Of a stretch of DNA of 64,000 nt, positions 17,816-28,187 are shown in pieces (the stretch's first letter is position 1; each line of letters begins with the position of its first letter). The DNA comes from Cyanobacteria bacterium auto_48_18. Lineage in GTDB: Bacteria; Cyanobacteriota; Vampirovibrionia; Obscuribacterales; Obscuribacteraceae. The position numbers were made by a program, and so were the translations under genes. The notes below the pieces were generated by a model. That model did no database searches, was not told the DNA's origin, and saw only the letters and a program-made list of their open reading frames with translations. Location: contig JAVHQC010000015.1 in assembly GCA_036170915.1 (NCBI GenBank), positions 1 to 64,000 on the forward strand, given 5' to 3'.

Positions 17816-19036
17816 TTATCTAACTACTGCTTCGCGCGGCACACTTTCTTCCGCTGGTGACACCACGATAAAGTAAACGAGCACCGCCGAGCAAACGAAG
17901 GCAAACATCACTCCGGTCATGGCAAACGCGGTACGTTCGTCATACAGAAAGGCGACGATTGCACTGGAAGCTGCGCCCACAAGCATTTGCGTGAAAGTCA
18001 AAACTGCAGAAGCTACGCCGGCGATTTTGGGCATGGGGTGAAGGCATCCATGAGCAGAATTTGGTGCCACCAGGCCAGCGCTGAATGTACAGAGAAAGAG
18101 GCATGGGAATAATGTTTGCGCTGCTGCGTGACCTGTAGCGGTGACAATCAGGTTGATTAAGGTCGCACCGCAGGCCATTGATAATCCTGCCACAAGTGGC
18201 AGTTTGTGTGGAATGTTTCTTTCACTAAGTTTGCCGTTAACGAAGGCGCCAGTCATGATACCGAATGCGGTGCCGGCAAATAGGTAACCGAATATTTGAT
18301 TTGATAAGCCAAAATTGCCAATCAGCAGCAGGGGTGAATTAGAAACGTAAGCAAACATGCAGCCAAACATCAAAGCATTGACCATGGCATAACCGAAACT
18401 GACGCGGTGGGTCAGCACGGTCAGATAATTTGCCCAGAGAGCGCTCCATGTGAGCGGTTCGAGCTCATGTGTGGCAGACTCGCTGAAACCAAAATAGGTC
18501 ACCGCTAAAATTATTATTCCGCCAATAGTCAAAACCCCGTAAATCCACCGCCAGTCGGCAACGGAGAGGAGCCACGCACCCAACGTGGGTGCAATCATGG
18601 GCGCAAAGCTGCGCAAAATGTTGACATATGAAAGTTTAGCCCGCGCTTCTGACCCTTCGAATAAATCGCGAATCAATGCCATCGATAGTACTGCTGCTGC
18701 CCCTGCTCCAATTCCCTGAATCAATCGGCAAAATAAAAGCAATTCAATTGATGGGGCCAGGGCGCACCCGAGCGCGGCAATTGTGAAAATTAAGCAGCCG
18801 CTAAGTAGTACAGGTCTTCGTCCAAAACGATCGGAAAGGGGGCCGCCTGCGACCGGTGCGATGGCAAAGCCCGCTAAAAACAGGCTCAAAGTCAAAGCTG
18901 CGGCGCCGTCTGAACAATGCAAAGCTTTGCCGATAGTCGTAAGCGCCGGTAGCCCCATATCAATAGATAAAGGAGGTAAGGCTCCCAGCCCTCCAAGAAA
19001 GAGGGTGAAGCCGAGCGAGTGTTTACCGATTGCCAC
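17816..19036 (-). CDS. Bcr/CflA family multidrug efflux MFS transporter
   Basis: PLSIDMGLPAL, GPLSDRFGRRPVLL, RLIQGIG motifs; about 12 TM segments. Confidence 0.9.
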   Translation of the reverse strand: MAIGKHSLGFTLFLGGLGALPPLSIDMGLPALTTIGKALHCSDGAAALTLSLFLAGFAIAPVAGGPLSDRFGRRPVLLSGCLIFTIAALGCALAPSIELLLFCRLIQGIGAGAAAVLSMALIRDLFEGSEARAKLSYVNILRSFAPMIAPTLGAWLLSVADWRWIYGVLTIGGIIILAVTYFGFSESATHELEPLTWSALWANYLTVLTHRVSFGYAMVNALMFGCMFAYVSNSPLLLIGNFGLSNQIFGYLFAGTAFGIMTGAFVNGKLSERNIPHKLPLVAGLSMACGATLINLIVTATGHAAAQTLFPCLFLCTFSAGLVAPNSAHGCLHPMPKIAGVASAVLTFTQMLVGAASSAIVAFLYDERTAFAMTGVMFAFVCSAVLVYFIVVSPAEESVPREAVVR

Positions 19037-19062
19037 AGAGATTCCTTTTGTTACTGCCGGTC

Positions 19063-20142
19063 TTAGTGCGCCGACGTCACCGGCCTTTGAGCCGCAGATT
19101 TCACTAGCTTGTCCACATCATCCATCAGGTCGATGCTGTTCTTACCGGGCGCGAAATTTAGCGCTATATTTAGCTGATCGAGACGCTCAGGCAAATGTTT
19201 TTGCGAAATTTGGCCGAAGATGCGCTTTTCACACCAGGCTACTTTTGTAGTGATGCGGCACGATACCGGTGGTGGTGTTTGCGCTTCGATAATTGCCTCG
19301 TCAGCGGTCGAAGGTGCGTGACTCGGTGCCGATGGTTGTTCGTCACCGGGAGAGCCGGCAGACCGCTGGCGCACCCTTACACCTGCAAAAGGGCCAAAGC
19401 CTGGAGCAAAAAATCCGCCGCCACCAGGAAGGCCCAATAATGCACCACCCATTTTTGCCAGCAGGCCACTGCCACCACTAGCATTACTTGTGCCATTACC
19501 AGCGCCACCACCACCAGAAGCTCCAGATTCTGGATTGTCTTTTGTGGTAGACGTCTGGCCTAATATTTTTTTGTGCAATTTCTTTTCAGCATAGTCTTCC
19601 AAGGCATCTGTGCGATCGCCTAAAGCCTGGCTAGATGAATCTTTCGTAAAAGCACTTACTTCCATACGTGTCAGGCGCTCTGTGAGTTGTTCACCTTCAA
19701 AAGTTTTTCCTAAAATAGCTTGCTCCAGGGCAGTCACCCGTGGATACGAACTACTCATATCCACACTACCCAAAGCAGCACTACTAGTGGTGGCACTACC
19801 ACTTGAGCCTGTCTGATCGGAAGAATCTTGGTCATCGGGCCCCTGGTAACCGGCCGCAGGCACGAACAACTGTTTATGATAAGTTTGCTCAAAGTAGCTC
19901 TCTAACTTATCGGTGCGGTCGCTTAACGCTGCTTTATCTGACGATTTTCCAAAAGCTTTGATTTCTAGTCGCGCCAACCTTTCCGGCAAAGAATCTTCAA
20001 ATTTCTTGCCTAAAATTGTGGTTTCCATGGCCGTTATGCGGGGATAGCTGTCATCGGCCTGAGCCCGCAATGGGCTGGGCGCGAAGAGCAATGGCAATAA
20101 TAAAGCGCTGCTAAGAAAATACTTTTTTCGGTAAGGCCACAC
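19063..20142 (-). CDS. Secreted hypothetical protein with three internal ~50-aa helical repeats
   Basis: Signal peptide; repeats of YPR(I/V)TA.E..ILGK.FE..L.ERL.R.E separated by Ser/Gly-rich linkers. Confidence 0.7.
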   Translation of the reverse strand: MWPYRKKYFLSSALLLPLLFAPSPLRAQADDSYPRITAMETTILGKKFEDSLPERLARLEIKAFGKSSDKAALSDRTDKLESYFEQTYHKQLFVPAAGYQGPDDQDSSDQTGSSGSATTSSAALGSVDMSSSYPRVTALEQAILGKTFEGEQLTERLTRMEVSAFTKDSSSQALGDRTDALEDYAEKKLHKKILGQTSTTKDNPESGASGGGGAGNGTSNASGGSGLLAKMGGALLGLPGGGGFFAPGFGPFAGVRVRQRSAGSPGDEQPSAPSHAPSTADEAIIEAQTPPPVSCRITTKVAWCEKRIFGQISQKHLPERLDQLNIALNFAPGKNSIDLMDDVDKLVKSAAQRPVTSAH

Positions 20143-20207
20143 AACAAAATCCCTTAAGCACTTGTGTGTATCATAAACTACAGACCTGCTTTTAACCCGC
20201 TGTATCT

Positions 20208-20996
20208 TTAATGCTGCTGTGGGTTTTGTTCTGCCGCCGGTGGAGCCGGGTAGTCATTTAGAGCACTCTTGATTTGGCAGTAAAGCGCAGGCAGCCACAA
20301 TGGGTCTGTTTCTTTTGTTTTCGGCAAGGGCAGCGATCGAAAATCGTGTGGCGCGATAATCAGTGGCAGTTGCCTGTCACCGGCGTCGGCGGCGAGCACA
20401 AACAAATCTTCGCTGACTTCGTCACCCATGGCCAGGCAGCCAATTGAGCAGGTATTGCCATGAATGAGAATGTCGCTACCGGGGCTTTCACGGCCGTCAT
20501 CTTTAGCCCGTTGCCAGTCGTCTGCATTTGGATAGTTTAGTCTCAGAGCTAAATGATAAGGGGTATTTGGTTCCAGAGTGAGCTCATAAATTCCCTCAGG
20601 AACCTGGCGATCACCTTCGCGTAGCTTAGGGCCTAATTCGCCGCTGGCTGCCAGTATTGGATAGGTGCAAAGATATTGGTAAGGCCCCGCAGGTGGTGCC
20701 ACATATACTTGCATTTCAGCGGTAGACTTTAGAGCAAACAATGCCATTCGCTGGGGTGGATAAATCAAACTTTTGCTGTTAAATTTGGCTTTAAGTCTAG
20801 CCCGAGCCACATCACCATATGTCGCCAGTTGGTCTTCGACTGTGTACAGAACCTCACTTGGCGCAGCAGGCAAAGCTCTGGCAAAAAGTGGCAGGCGAGC
20901 AAAATAGCTATAGATCCAGCGGCGATATTTTAAAGTCGGCGCGGCTATAGCTATTATTAGAATCAGTCCCACAATTAATTTTTTGCGATGTTTCAC
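20208..20996 (-). CDS. L,D-transpeptidase family protein (YafK/DpaA-like)
   Basis: GPKLREGDRQVPEGIY, LRLNYPN, ILIHG..CSIGC catalytic motif. Confidence 0.85.
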   Translation of the reverse strand: MKHRKKLIVGLILIIAIAAPTLKYRRWIYSYFARLPLFARALPAAPSEVLYTVEDQLATYGDVARARLKAKFNSKSLIYPPQRMALFALKSTAEMQVYVAPPAGPYQYLCTYPILAASGELGPKLREGDRQVPEGIYELTLEPNTPYHLALRLNYPNADDWQRAKDDGRESPGSDILIHGNTCSIGCLAMGDEVSEDLFVLAADAGDRQLPLIIAPHDFRSLPLPKTKETDPLWLPALYCQIKSALNDYPAPPAAEQNPQQH

Positions 20997-21322
20997 AGCA
21001 CGCGCTCATTGCTACCGACGTTTAGCATAGCGCCAATTTAATATGATTGAATAGTTGAAAGTGATATAGTGCAATAAGAATTTCGCATGGAGGGTTGAAC
21101 AATGTTTTCTAAATTGAGCCGCAACCCTTATTGCTTTTAAGAGCCTAAAAATCAATCGATTGAGAGCATGGTCACACGGTGTGTGCCATGTTTGCTTTGC
21201 ACGAAAAAATAGTGCGCACCTCTGCCCACTTTGAGCGCAGGCGCCAGCACCCGAGAGTGCTGGTGCCTGGCAAATAACTTTCACTGGCGCATAGGCTAGT
21301 AATACTTTATTTGGTGGTTTAA

Positions 21323-22669
21323 ATGAAAGCAAAAAAGTTGACTGCGCAGGAATTTGCGCTGGCGGTGCAACTCGGGCTAGGTAGCGCTTTGTTGCACGTG
21401 AAAGAGTATGGTGATGACGGAATTGAATTGATAATTCTGGATGCACTTTTAATTAATTACGTATACGACATGCAAATCGAAGGAGACCGTGTGTATTGGC
21501 TGATGCAGCTGGTGACCTTGAGTGGCCGCGTTAGATTTTATGCAGGGGCGCTCCTGGCAAAATTGCAGAAGAAAAAGAAATACAAGTGTTATGACATGGT
21601 GCAGCAAATCTGTTTGTCGCATTATTTCTTTGAATTAGGATTTATTGAATTTCTCCCGGTGATGTTTTCCAAATTTCGTCAGCTGTCTGCAGCAGGGGGA
21701 GGTGGCATTTGCGGTGTAAAATTGTTTAGAGTAGCCGGCCTTGCTGGTTTAGAATTTGTTGCACAGGTCCTGGGCTCTAATCAAAAAAATATAGAAGATG
21801 ACACTTGCTTTGAGATCTTAGAAGACGCCCGTGAAGAGTTTGGCGAAGAAGTAGTTGACGTGAGGCTGAAGGTCTTATCCTTGAAAAACGACGACATCAG
21901 GCTATTTCTTGATGCCTGTGCTCGTCATCAGGCCAACCGAGAGAAAACCTGCTTGCCCCGCCAAGCTCTCTCTCTGCCTTTTTTAGTTGATGCCCTTGAG
22001 GACGGCAATCAGTCTCGCTTCGCCCATATGAAGTATCGGCGCTTTGGTAGAACAGCATCTGATCAAGATCTTTTTGTGCTTTTCAATATGCTTTTGCACA
22101 CTCAAGACCGAAGAAAACAGTTGGCTTTGCTTAGCGTGTTCGCCTACCGCTCCATGCCTGTATTTGACTCCCAGCTGCTCAATCTTGTCGAATCAGAAAG
22201 TCGCCAGATTCAATGGGCTGCGGCAGAGGTGTTTGCTCATTTCAAAAATGATTTAGTGCGGCGTAAAGCGCTGAAACTATTTCGACAAGGCAGGGAAGAG
22301 ATGATTCCAATCGCTTTGCGTCTTCTTGCGCACAATTACAGGCCTGAGGATGCGGTCAAGATTTTGTCACTTCTCAGATCTATGCAGTCTCGTGAGCATA
22401 TTCACTCAGCGGGGATGCACTTGCGGACGATTGCAGAACATGCCGGCGATAATGAATTGGCTCCATGTTTTCTCTGGCTTTATCACAACGGGCCTGACAG
22501 CTTCTGTCGTGAATCGTTCGTAGAACAGCTTATAGCTTGGAAAAAATGTCCGCCCAAAATTTTGTATGAGTTACAGTGGGATTCTCGAGACGAGACGCAA
22601 TATCTGGCGCGTAATCAGTACAACGCCAGCCAGGTGAGGCTAGTGCAAAAACAGTTGGCTAGTCTCTAA
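21323..22669 (+). CDS. Hypothetical HEAT/ARM-like helical protein
   Basis: 448-aa ORF with helical-repeat pattern; no catalytic motif recognised. Confidence 0.6.
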   Translation: MKAKKLTAQEFALAVQLGLGSALLHVKEYGDDGIELIILDALLINYVYDMQIEGDRVYWLMQLVTLSGRVRFYAGALLAKLQKKKKYKCYDMVQQICLSHYFFELGFIEFLPVMFSKFRQLSAAGGGGICGVKLFRVAGLAGLEFVAQVLGSNQKNIEDDTCFEILEDAREEFGEEVVDVRLKVLSLKNDDIRLFLDACARHQANREKTCLPRQALSLPFLVDALEDGNQSRFAHMKYRRFGRTASDQDLFVLFNMLLHTQDRRKQLALLSVFAYRSMPVFDSQLLNLVESESRQIQWAAAEVFAHFKNDLVRRKALKLFRQGREEMIPIALRLLAHNYRPEDAVKILSLLRSMQSREHIHSAGMHLRTIAEHAGDNELAPCFLWLYHNGPDSFCRESFVEQLIAWKKCPPKILYELQWDSRDETQYLARNQYNASQVRLVQKQLASL

Positions 22670-22804
22670 CCGCTTGTTTCTCATGGCAACATCCTTCTTC
22701 TTGATTTATCGCACCAAAGTGGAAGAATGTTATTACTTGTAAGGCCATCGCTAGAGAATAGTGAGCTGCCGACCAAGAGCATCATTAAACTAAGGCCAAT
22801 TTTT

Positions 22805-23572
22805 ATGACAGCACCAATCGCTCCAGCCCTGAAGGCCCTGCTTAATCAGTTCATCGACTATGCCGGATTGTTCCCCCCTGCGGGGCTTTCGCTTGATCAG
22901 ACCATTGCCAATTATCATTCTTATCAAAATAGTGAGTACTCCTGGATGTTGCGCTGGTTGGTGGTGCCCGCAAAAGATATGGAGAATTTACCCGCATTTT
23001 TAAATGGCCGAGTTGCTTTGCTGGGTGATACCGATCATGTTCGCGCCGCTACCGTAGAAAGCAAAGCTTTAATTTCGGCTGCGCATCCGCTTTACTGTGA
23101 GGTTTCTGACCTGGCTCAACTTAAGTCAATCAAAGATTCAGGATCGTTTGCCAAGCTGCGCACCGGCGGAATTAAATCAGCGGCGATTCCCAGTGTTGAA
23201 GAAGTAGCAGAATTTATTTCAGGCTGTGCTTCTCAGCGACTGCCATTTAAAGCTACTGCTGGTTTGCACCATCCCATTCGTGCCGATTATGCTCTTACTT
23301 ATGACGACGGGGCACCACGTGCGGTGATGCATGGTTTCCTCAATGTTTTAATGGCAAGTGCTTTTGCCTGGCACGGCGAAAAAAATATTTTATCCATACT
23401 TTCCGAAACCGATCCAACCGCATTCACCTTTGATGATCATGCTTCCTGGAAAGGCCGAATGTTGAGCCTTGACCAAATAGAGGACGCCAGACAAAATTTC
23501 ATGCATTCCGTCGGCTCATGTTCGTTTGATGAGCCCGTGCACGACCTTCAGTCCCTGGGTTTGTTTAAATAA
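22805..23572 (+). CDS. Conserved hypothetical protein
   Basis: Conserved-looking IDYAGLFPP, AKLRTGG, FKATAGLHHP, HGFLN and GSCSFDEP blocks; start placed at ATG 22805 (ORF open from 22727). Confidence 0.7.
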   Translation: MTAPIAPALKALLNQFIDYAGLFPPAGLSLDQTIANYHSYQNSEYSWMLRWLVVPAKDMENLPAFLNGRVALLGDTDHVRAATVESKALISAAHPLYCEVSDLAQLKSIKDSGSFAKLRTGGIKSAAIPSVEEVAEFISGCASQRLPFKATAGLHHPIRADYALTYDDGAPRAVMHGFLNVLMASAFAWHGEKNILSILSETDPTAFTFDDHASWKGRMLSLDQIEDARQNFMHSVGSCSFDEPVHDLQSLGLFK

Positions 23573-23676
23573 ATGGTCTGAAAGCCTGGAAATTGGAACT
23601 TTTGGCCTGGCCTTACTTCATATGGAGTAGTTTCCATTTTTTGGGAGCCTTTCACGACCGAATCAAGGTGAGGGTT

Positions 23677-23787
23677 ATGGTTAATAAGATTGTTCTAGCT
23701 GTTTGTTCTACAATTGTGTTGGTTGCCTCGCAGAAAATTATCAGCTGGTTAGAACACAAACTCGAAACCAAAAAAGCCAAAAGTTAA
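23677..23787 (+). CDS. Small hydrophobic protein (36 aa)
   Basis: AGGTGAGG SD before ATG; ends 18 bp before the GMC oxidoreductase. Confidence 0.4.
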   Translation: MVNKIVLAVCSTIVLVASQKIISWLEHKLETKKAKS

Positions 23788-23805
23788 GACGGGTTATAGA
23801 CAGCA

Positions 23806-25509
23806 GTGACCTCAGACGAATTTGACGTTGTAATCGTAGGCAGCGGCTTCGGCGGCTCTGTAATGGCTTATAACCTCTCTAAAGCCGGAATGAAAGTGTG
23901 CCTGTTGGAGCGTGGAAAAACGTATCCGCCAGGCACTTTTCCACGTAGCCTTGATCAGATGAAAGATGCTTTTTGGCAGCCCGACAAAGGACTTCTGGGT
24001 CTATATGACTTTTGGTCTTTTAAAGATTCCGATGCCATCACCTCTAGTGGCTTAGGTGGCGGATCTTTGATTTACGCCAACGTGCTTTTGCGTAAAGATC
24101 CGGAATGGTTTGACGGCTGGCCGATTACGTACCAAGATTTAGCACCTCACTACGATCGAGTAGAGGCAATTCTCAAACCTGTTCCCTATCCTTTTGATAA
24201 GACCCCATATAATCAGACGGTCAAAACAGCCGTGCTTAAAGAAGCTGCAGGCGCAGTTGGTATGCCTTTCGACCTGGTGCCCATTGCCATCACTTTCGGC
24301 AACGATGTCGAGAATCCTGTGCCCGGTGAGCAGTTGCATACACCCGAAAATCTGCATGGTGTCAATCGCTATGGTTGCAGGCTGTGTGGCGAATGTTATT
24401 TAGGTTGTAATTCCGGCTCTAAGAATACACTCGACCTCAATTATTTGACAATGGCCAAAGAGTTAGGTGCTGACCTGCGAATTCTGGCTGAAGTGAAACA
24501 AATGCAACCAATTGAGGGAGGTTATGTTGTCACTTATACCTCGCATGTTTCTAAATCAACTTCTGAAAATCCCATCGGCCTCAAGGCCAAATTTTTAGTG
24601 CTCGCAGCCGGAAGCCTCGGCAGTACATCGCTTCTTTTATACAATCAAAAATGGTTTCCCAATATCAGCAAAGCGCTTGGTACAAGGCTTTCTGGAAACG
24701 GCGATCTGCTAACAGTAGCCATAGGCTGTCAGGAAAAAGTTGAAGATAAAGTGCAGAAGCGAAATGTTCAGCCCTATCTTGGGCCCGTAATTACCGGCGT
24801 TGCACGCAATATTTCGGTCGACAAAAAAACTCGATTTGTGGTCGAAGACTGGACATTTACCACCACTATTATCTGGCTGCTTGAGACGCTCAATGCTAAC
24901 GCCTTAAAATTGCGCTGGCTTAAGTTGGTTGTTAATTATGTCAAAAGCATTTTTGGTTTCCACCGCAATATCAATTTGTCGTATACAGTCAGTGAATTTC
25001 TGGGTGTAGCAGACGGCCTGGTATCTAGCTTTCCCATGGTCGGAATGGGCATAGACGAATCTGATGGTGTTATGGAATTTGATAAAAAATCAAAGGCTCT
25101 TAACTTAAAAATGCCGCGAAAAACTTCAGAAAAATTCTTCGATGCCATTAGAGCGAAAATGAAAGAGATGTCTGATTATCTACAGGCAGGTTTGTTTCTA
25201 GATTATCCAAGCTGGTATTTAAGTAAGACGATTACAGTTCATCCACTCGGCGGTTGTCCTATGGGTGCTACCTGGGAGCAAGGCGTGGTAGACACTCACG
25301 GAGAAGTCTATAATTATCCCAATATGTTTATAGCTGATGGTTCAGTGATGCCGGCTGCTATTGGGCCTAATCCATCCCTGACTATTGCCGCTGTTGCCGA
25401 TCGCTTTTCTGAAAGGGTGATTGAGAAATGGCGGGCTGATAGAAATGTCGCTGATGAAAAACAGATGACGACAGAAATAATTGACGAAAAGGCCGGCAAT
25501 ACTGAGTAA
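23806..25509 (+). CDS. GMC family oxidoreductase (cholesterol oxidase-like)
   Basis: GSGFGGSV FAD motif, GLGGGSLIYANV, CRLCGECYLGC, TVHPLGGC, GPNPSLTIAA. Confidence 0.9.
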   Translation: MTSDEFDVVIVGSGFGGSVMAYNLSKAGMKVCLLERGKTYPPGTFPRSLDQMKDAFWQPDKGLLGLYDFWSFKDSDAITSSGLGGGSLIYANVLLRKDPEWFDGWPITYQDLAPHYDRVEAILKPVPYPFDKTPYNQTVKTAVLKEAAGAVGMPFDLVPIAITFGNDVENPVPGEQLHTPENLHGVNRYGCRLCGECYLGCNSGSKNTLDLNYLTMAKELGADLRILAEVKQMQPIEGGYVVTYTSHVSKSTSENPIGLKAKFLVLAAGSLGSTSLLLYNQKWFPNISKALGTRLSGNGDLLTVAIGCQEKVEDKVQKRNVQPYLGPVITGVARNISVDKKTRFVVEDWTFTTTIIWLLETLNANALKLRWLKLVVNYVKSIFGFHRNINLSYTVSEFLGVADGLVSSFPMVGMGIDESDGVMEFDKKSKALNLKMPRKTSEKFFDAIRAKMKEMSDYLQAGLFLDYPSWYLSKTITVHPLGGCPMGATWEQGVVDTHGEVYNYPNMFIADGSVMPAAIGPNPSLTIAAVADRFSERVIEKWRADRNVADEKQMTTEIIDEKAGNTE

Positions 25510-25537
25510 AGCCGGCCATTCAATTTAGCTATAGCAG

Positions 25538-25999
25538 CTAAGCTGCTGCAGAAGCCGCAGGCTCTTGGGGAAATTCAAGGCAGAAGTGAATGACTGGCAG
25601 ACTGCCAACATAGACTTTGCCCAGGTAGAAGTTTTTGTCTACGAGACGAATTTCATCACGAACAAATTTAGCCAGCAGCGAAGTCTTTGAATAGTCCAGT
25701 GCGATGCATGGCTTTTTATCCATCCAGCTTTGATCTTCATAAACCTTTGCTACCACTGCACTATGGCCGATTGGCAGAATGCGGTTAATTAGCTCCCCTT
25801 TTTTGCTGTCAAAGGTTTTACCCTGCCAAGCTAAAAAGCGAACCATGTGAGAAAGCGAAGAGCCTGCTCGTGAACCTGGAGCAATTAGCGCTGTGCCTTT
25901 GGCAATGCCATGTGGAACCGGGCCACATTCGGCTTCGTTGAACAGCACATCGAGTTCTTTTGGACTCATATTGAGCAGCTGCTCTGCATTCATGGACAT
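25538..25999 (-). CDS. Conserved hypothetical protein
   Basis: WQGKTF, SWMDKKPCIALDYS, VRDEIRLV, YLGK blocks. Confidence 0.65.
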   Translation of the reverse strand: MSMNAEQLLNMSPKELDVLFNEAECGPVPHGIAKGTALIAPGSRAGSSLSHMVRFLAWQGKTFDSKKGELINRILPIGHSAVVAKVYEDQSWMDKKPCIALDYSKTSLLAKFVRDEIRLVDKNFYLGKVYVGSLPVIHFCLEFPQEPAASAAA

Positions 26000-26067
26000 A
26001 CTTTTACCTCAATCGTTTAATATGACTGAGCAATTAGACAGAGCACCTTCCGATTGGTTCCCGAAGG

Positions 26068-27966
26068 TTAACCAATTTGTTCAGGTGGCGGTCGGCGCAC
26101 TGCTGGAAGGGTATGAGTAGACCGAAAATCTCCTGAAGAGTTTACCTCACTGTTAAATTTGCTGCCCGGCGGCAACGATGATTCTCCGTCAAAGCTTGCG
26201 CCTGTCCGGGCCGTCTTCTGTCGTTTGACTGAGTGGCCGAGCCACTTGATCACCAGATTTTCCAAGTTGTCTGCATCAATCGGTTTGCACAAATAATCAT
26301 CCATATTATTGGCCATACACTCTTCGCGCGTACCTTCTAGAGCGTTAGCTGTGATGGCAATAACAGGTGTGAGAATGCCGCGCCTTTGTTGAATTTCTTT
26401 GATAATTTTGGCGGTTTCGAAGCCATTTAAGCGTGGCATCTGGCAGTCGAGAAAGACCATATCATAGTGTTTATTTTTAAAGGCTTGCACGGCTTCAACC
26501 CCATCAGCAGCCAGGTCTACTGCAAAACCTAACTCTTCGAGAAATATAAAGGCCACTTTTTGATTGATTTTGTTATCATCGGCAACTAGAGCGTGCTTTC
26601 TTTCGCCCCTGCGCATTAGTGCGTTAGCCTGCGTAAATTCCAGTGGGTCCAGACCCAGAGTCGTGCTCTGATGCGACCGTGTTTTCGTCTCATTGGCAGT
26701 TGTTCGGTTATCTAGTTTGCTCAGGCAACGGTTGACCGATTGTCGTCGCATTGGCATACTGATGGTAAGCAAGCTGTTAGTGTTTTTTGCACTGCCTTCT
26801 TGGCCGACAATCTGAACTGTTTTTAGACTTTTTGATATGGGAAAGCTTTTGATCAACGCGAGAAATAAATTGCTTTCTTGATCGCCGCGCACCATGTCTA
26901 AGAAAATGACAAAATTTGGGTCTGCCACTGCCGCAGGTGATTGCGCTATGGTCAGGGCCTCATGCGCCGTAGTGACGGTAGAGGTGCTGATATCGAAAGT
27001 TTTGAGAATATCAGCAATGGCAGATTGGCCGTTGTAAAATGGTTCGAGTGTTAACGCTCTTATTTTGCGATACTCTCGTGGTGTCTGATTTGCACCACTT
27101 ACTGAACCCCAGACTTTCTCGATTTCGAGATTCTTTTTTTCAGTGACCGGCAAAGTAAAGCCAAAAGTCGACCCAACGTTAAGTTCACTTTCAACGAACA
27201 GTCGGCCGTTCATAAGCTCTACCAAGCGTTTGCAGATATTCAGGCCTAAGCCCGTACCCTCTTTGCTAATGCTGGCATCTTGAGCTGCTTGGAAAAATGG
27301 TTCAAAGAGATGTGTTTTCATTTCTTCGCTGAGGCCACTGCCGCTGTCTTGAATCTGGAAAGTCAATTGGTCCGCCCCATTGAACGCCAGACCAAAAGAT
27401 ACTTTCAAAATTATTTGACCGCGTTCGGTAAACTTAATTGCATTACTGCAGAGATTAAGTAGAATCTGTCGCAGTCTTTGCGGGTCGCCGATGATGCATT
27501 CCGGTACGTTGCTATCAATGGCTGACAGCAAAAGCAAATTTTTTGATGCGGCTGCAGGAGCCAAAATTTGACCAACACCTTCTACTACTGATATCAAATC
27601 GAATTCCACAGATTCGACGTCAACCTTTCCGGCTTCAATTTTTGAAAGGTGCAGAACGTCGTTGATAATATTGAGTAGTGAAATACCTGATTCTTTTAGT
27701 GTAAGCGCATAATCAGTGGCCTGCGGGTCGAGCTCGCACCTTAGCAGCAGGTCAATCATGGGTAGCATACCGTTTAAAGGTGTGCGTATCTCGTGGCTGA
27801 CATGGGCGACGAAGTCAGATTTTATTTTGAGAGTTTCTTGAAATTGTTGCAGCAGCTGTTTGTATTGAGCTGTTTCTTTGGCGCGTTCTATCTCAAGCAC
27901 TTTCAATTGTGCTTTCGTCAAAACAAGCTCTTCGTGAAGAGCCATCATTTTCTCATCAAAATTCAT
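26068..27966 (-). CDS. Cytoplasmic hybrid histidine kinase (HisKA-HATPase-degenerate REC-REC)
   Basis: SHEIRTPLNG, NLCSNAIKFT, DSGSG, GTGLGL; C-terminal receiver ADDN...FLDCQMP...KP. Confidence 0.92.
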   Translation of the reverse strand: MNFDEKMMALHEELVLTKAQLKVLEIERAKETAQYKQLLQQFQETLKIKSDFVAHVSHEIRTPLNGMLPMIDLLLRCELDPQATDYALTLKESGISLLNIINDVLHLSKIEAGKVDVESVEFDLISVVEGVGQILAPAAASKNLLLLSAIDSNVPECIIGDPQRLRQILLNLCSNAIKFTERGQIILKVSFGLAFNGADQLTFQIQDSGSGLSEEMKTHLFEPFFQAAQDASISKEGTGLGLNICKRLVELMNGRLFVESELNVGSTFGFTLPVTEKKNLEIEKVWGSVSGANQTPREYRKIRALTLEPFYNGQSAIADILKTFDISTSTVTTAHEALTIAQSPAAVADPNFVIFLDMVRGDQESNLFLALIKSFPISKSLKTVQIVGQEGSAKNTNSLLTISMPMRRQSVNRCLSKLDNRTTANETKTRSHQSTTLGLDPLEFTQANALMRRGERKHALVADDNKINQKVAFIFLEELGFAVDLAADGVEAVQAFKNKHYDMVFLDCQMPRLNGFETAKIIKEIQQRRGILTPVIAITANALEGTREECMANNMDDYLCKPIDADNLENLVIKWLGHSVKRQKTARTGASFDGESSLPPGSKFNSEVNSSGDFRSTHTLPAVRRPPPEQIG

Positions 27967-28187
27967 CAGTGCCAGCTCATCATCAGCTGCCGACCTGTGG
28001 TGATTTGGTAGCCCAACGCCTGCGGGCGGGCGCAGCGCGCCCGTAAATACAATGTCGAATGAAACCGGACGAGAATTTGCCTGGACGCGCAGCCCCCGCC
28101 TGTCACCAAGGTAAATTAAGCCAACTTAATTTAATCCTAGCCTGCCGCCCGTGGGATGTCAACGGCATCACGCTCGAATGTTACCCC

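Noticed and set aside
28028..28046. GC hairpin CGGGCGC-AGC-GCGCCCG as a REP element or ncRNA
   Set aside because: Single short copy in the window with no supporting context.
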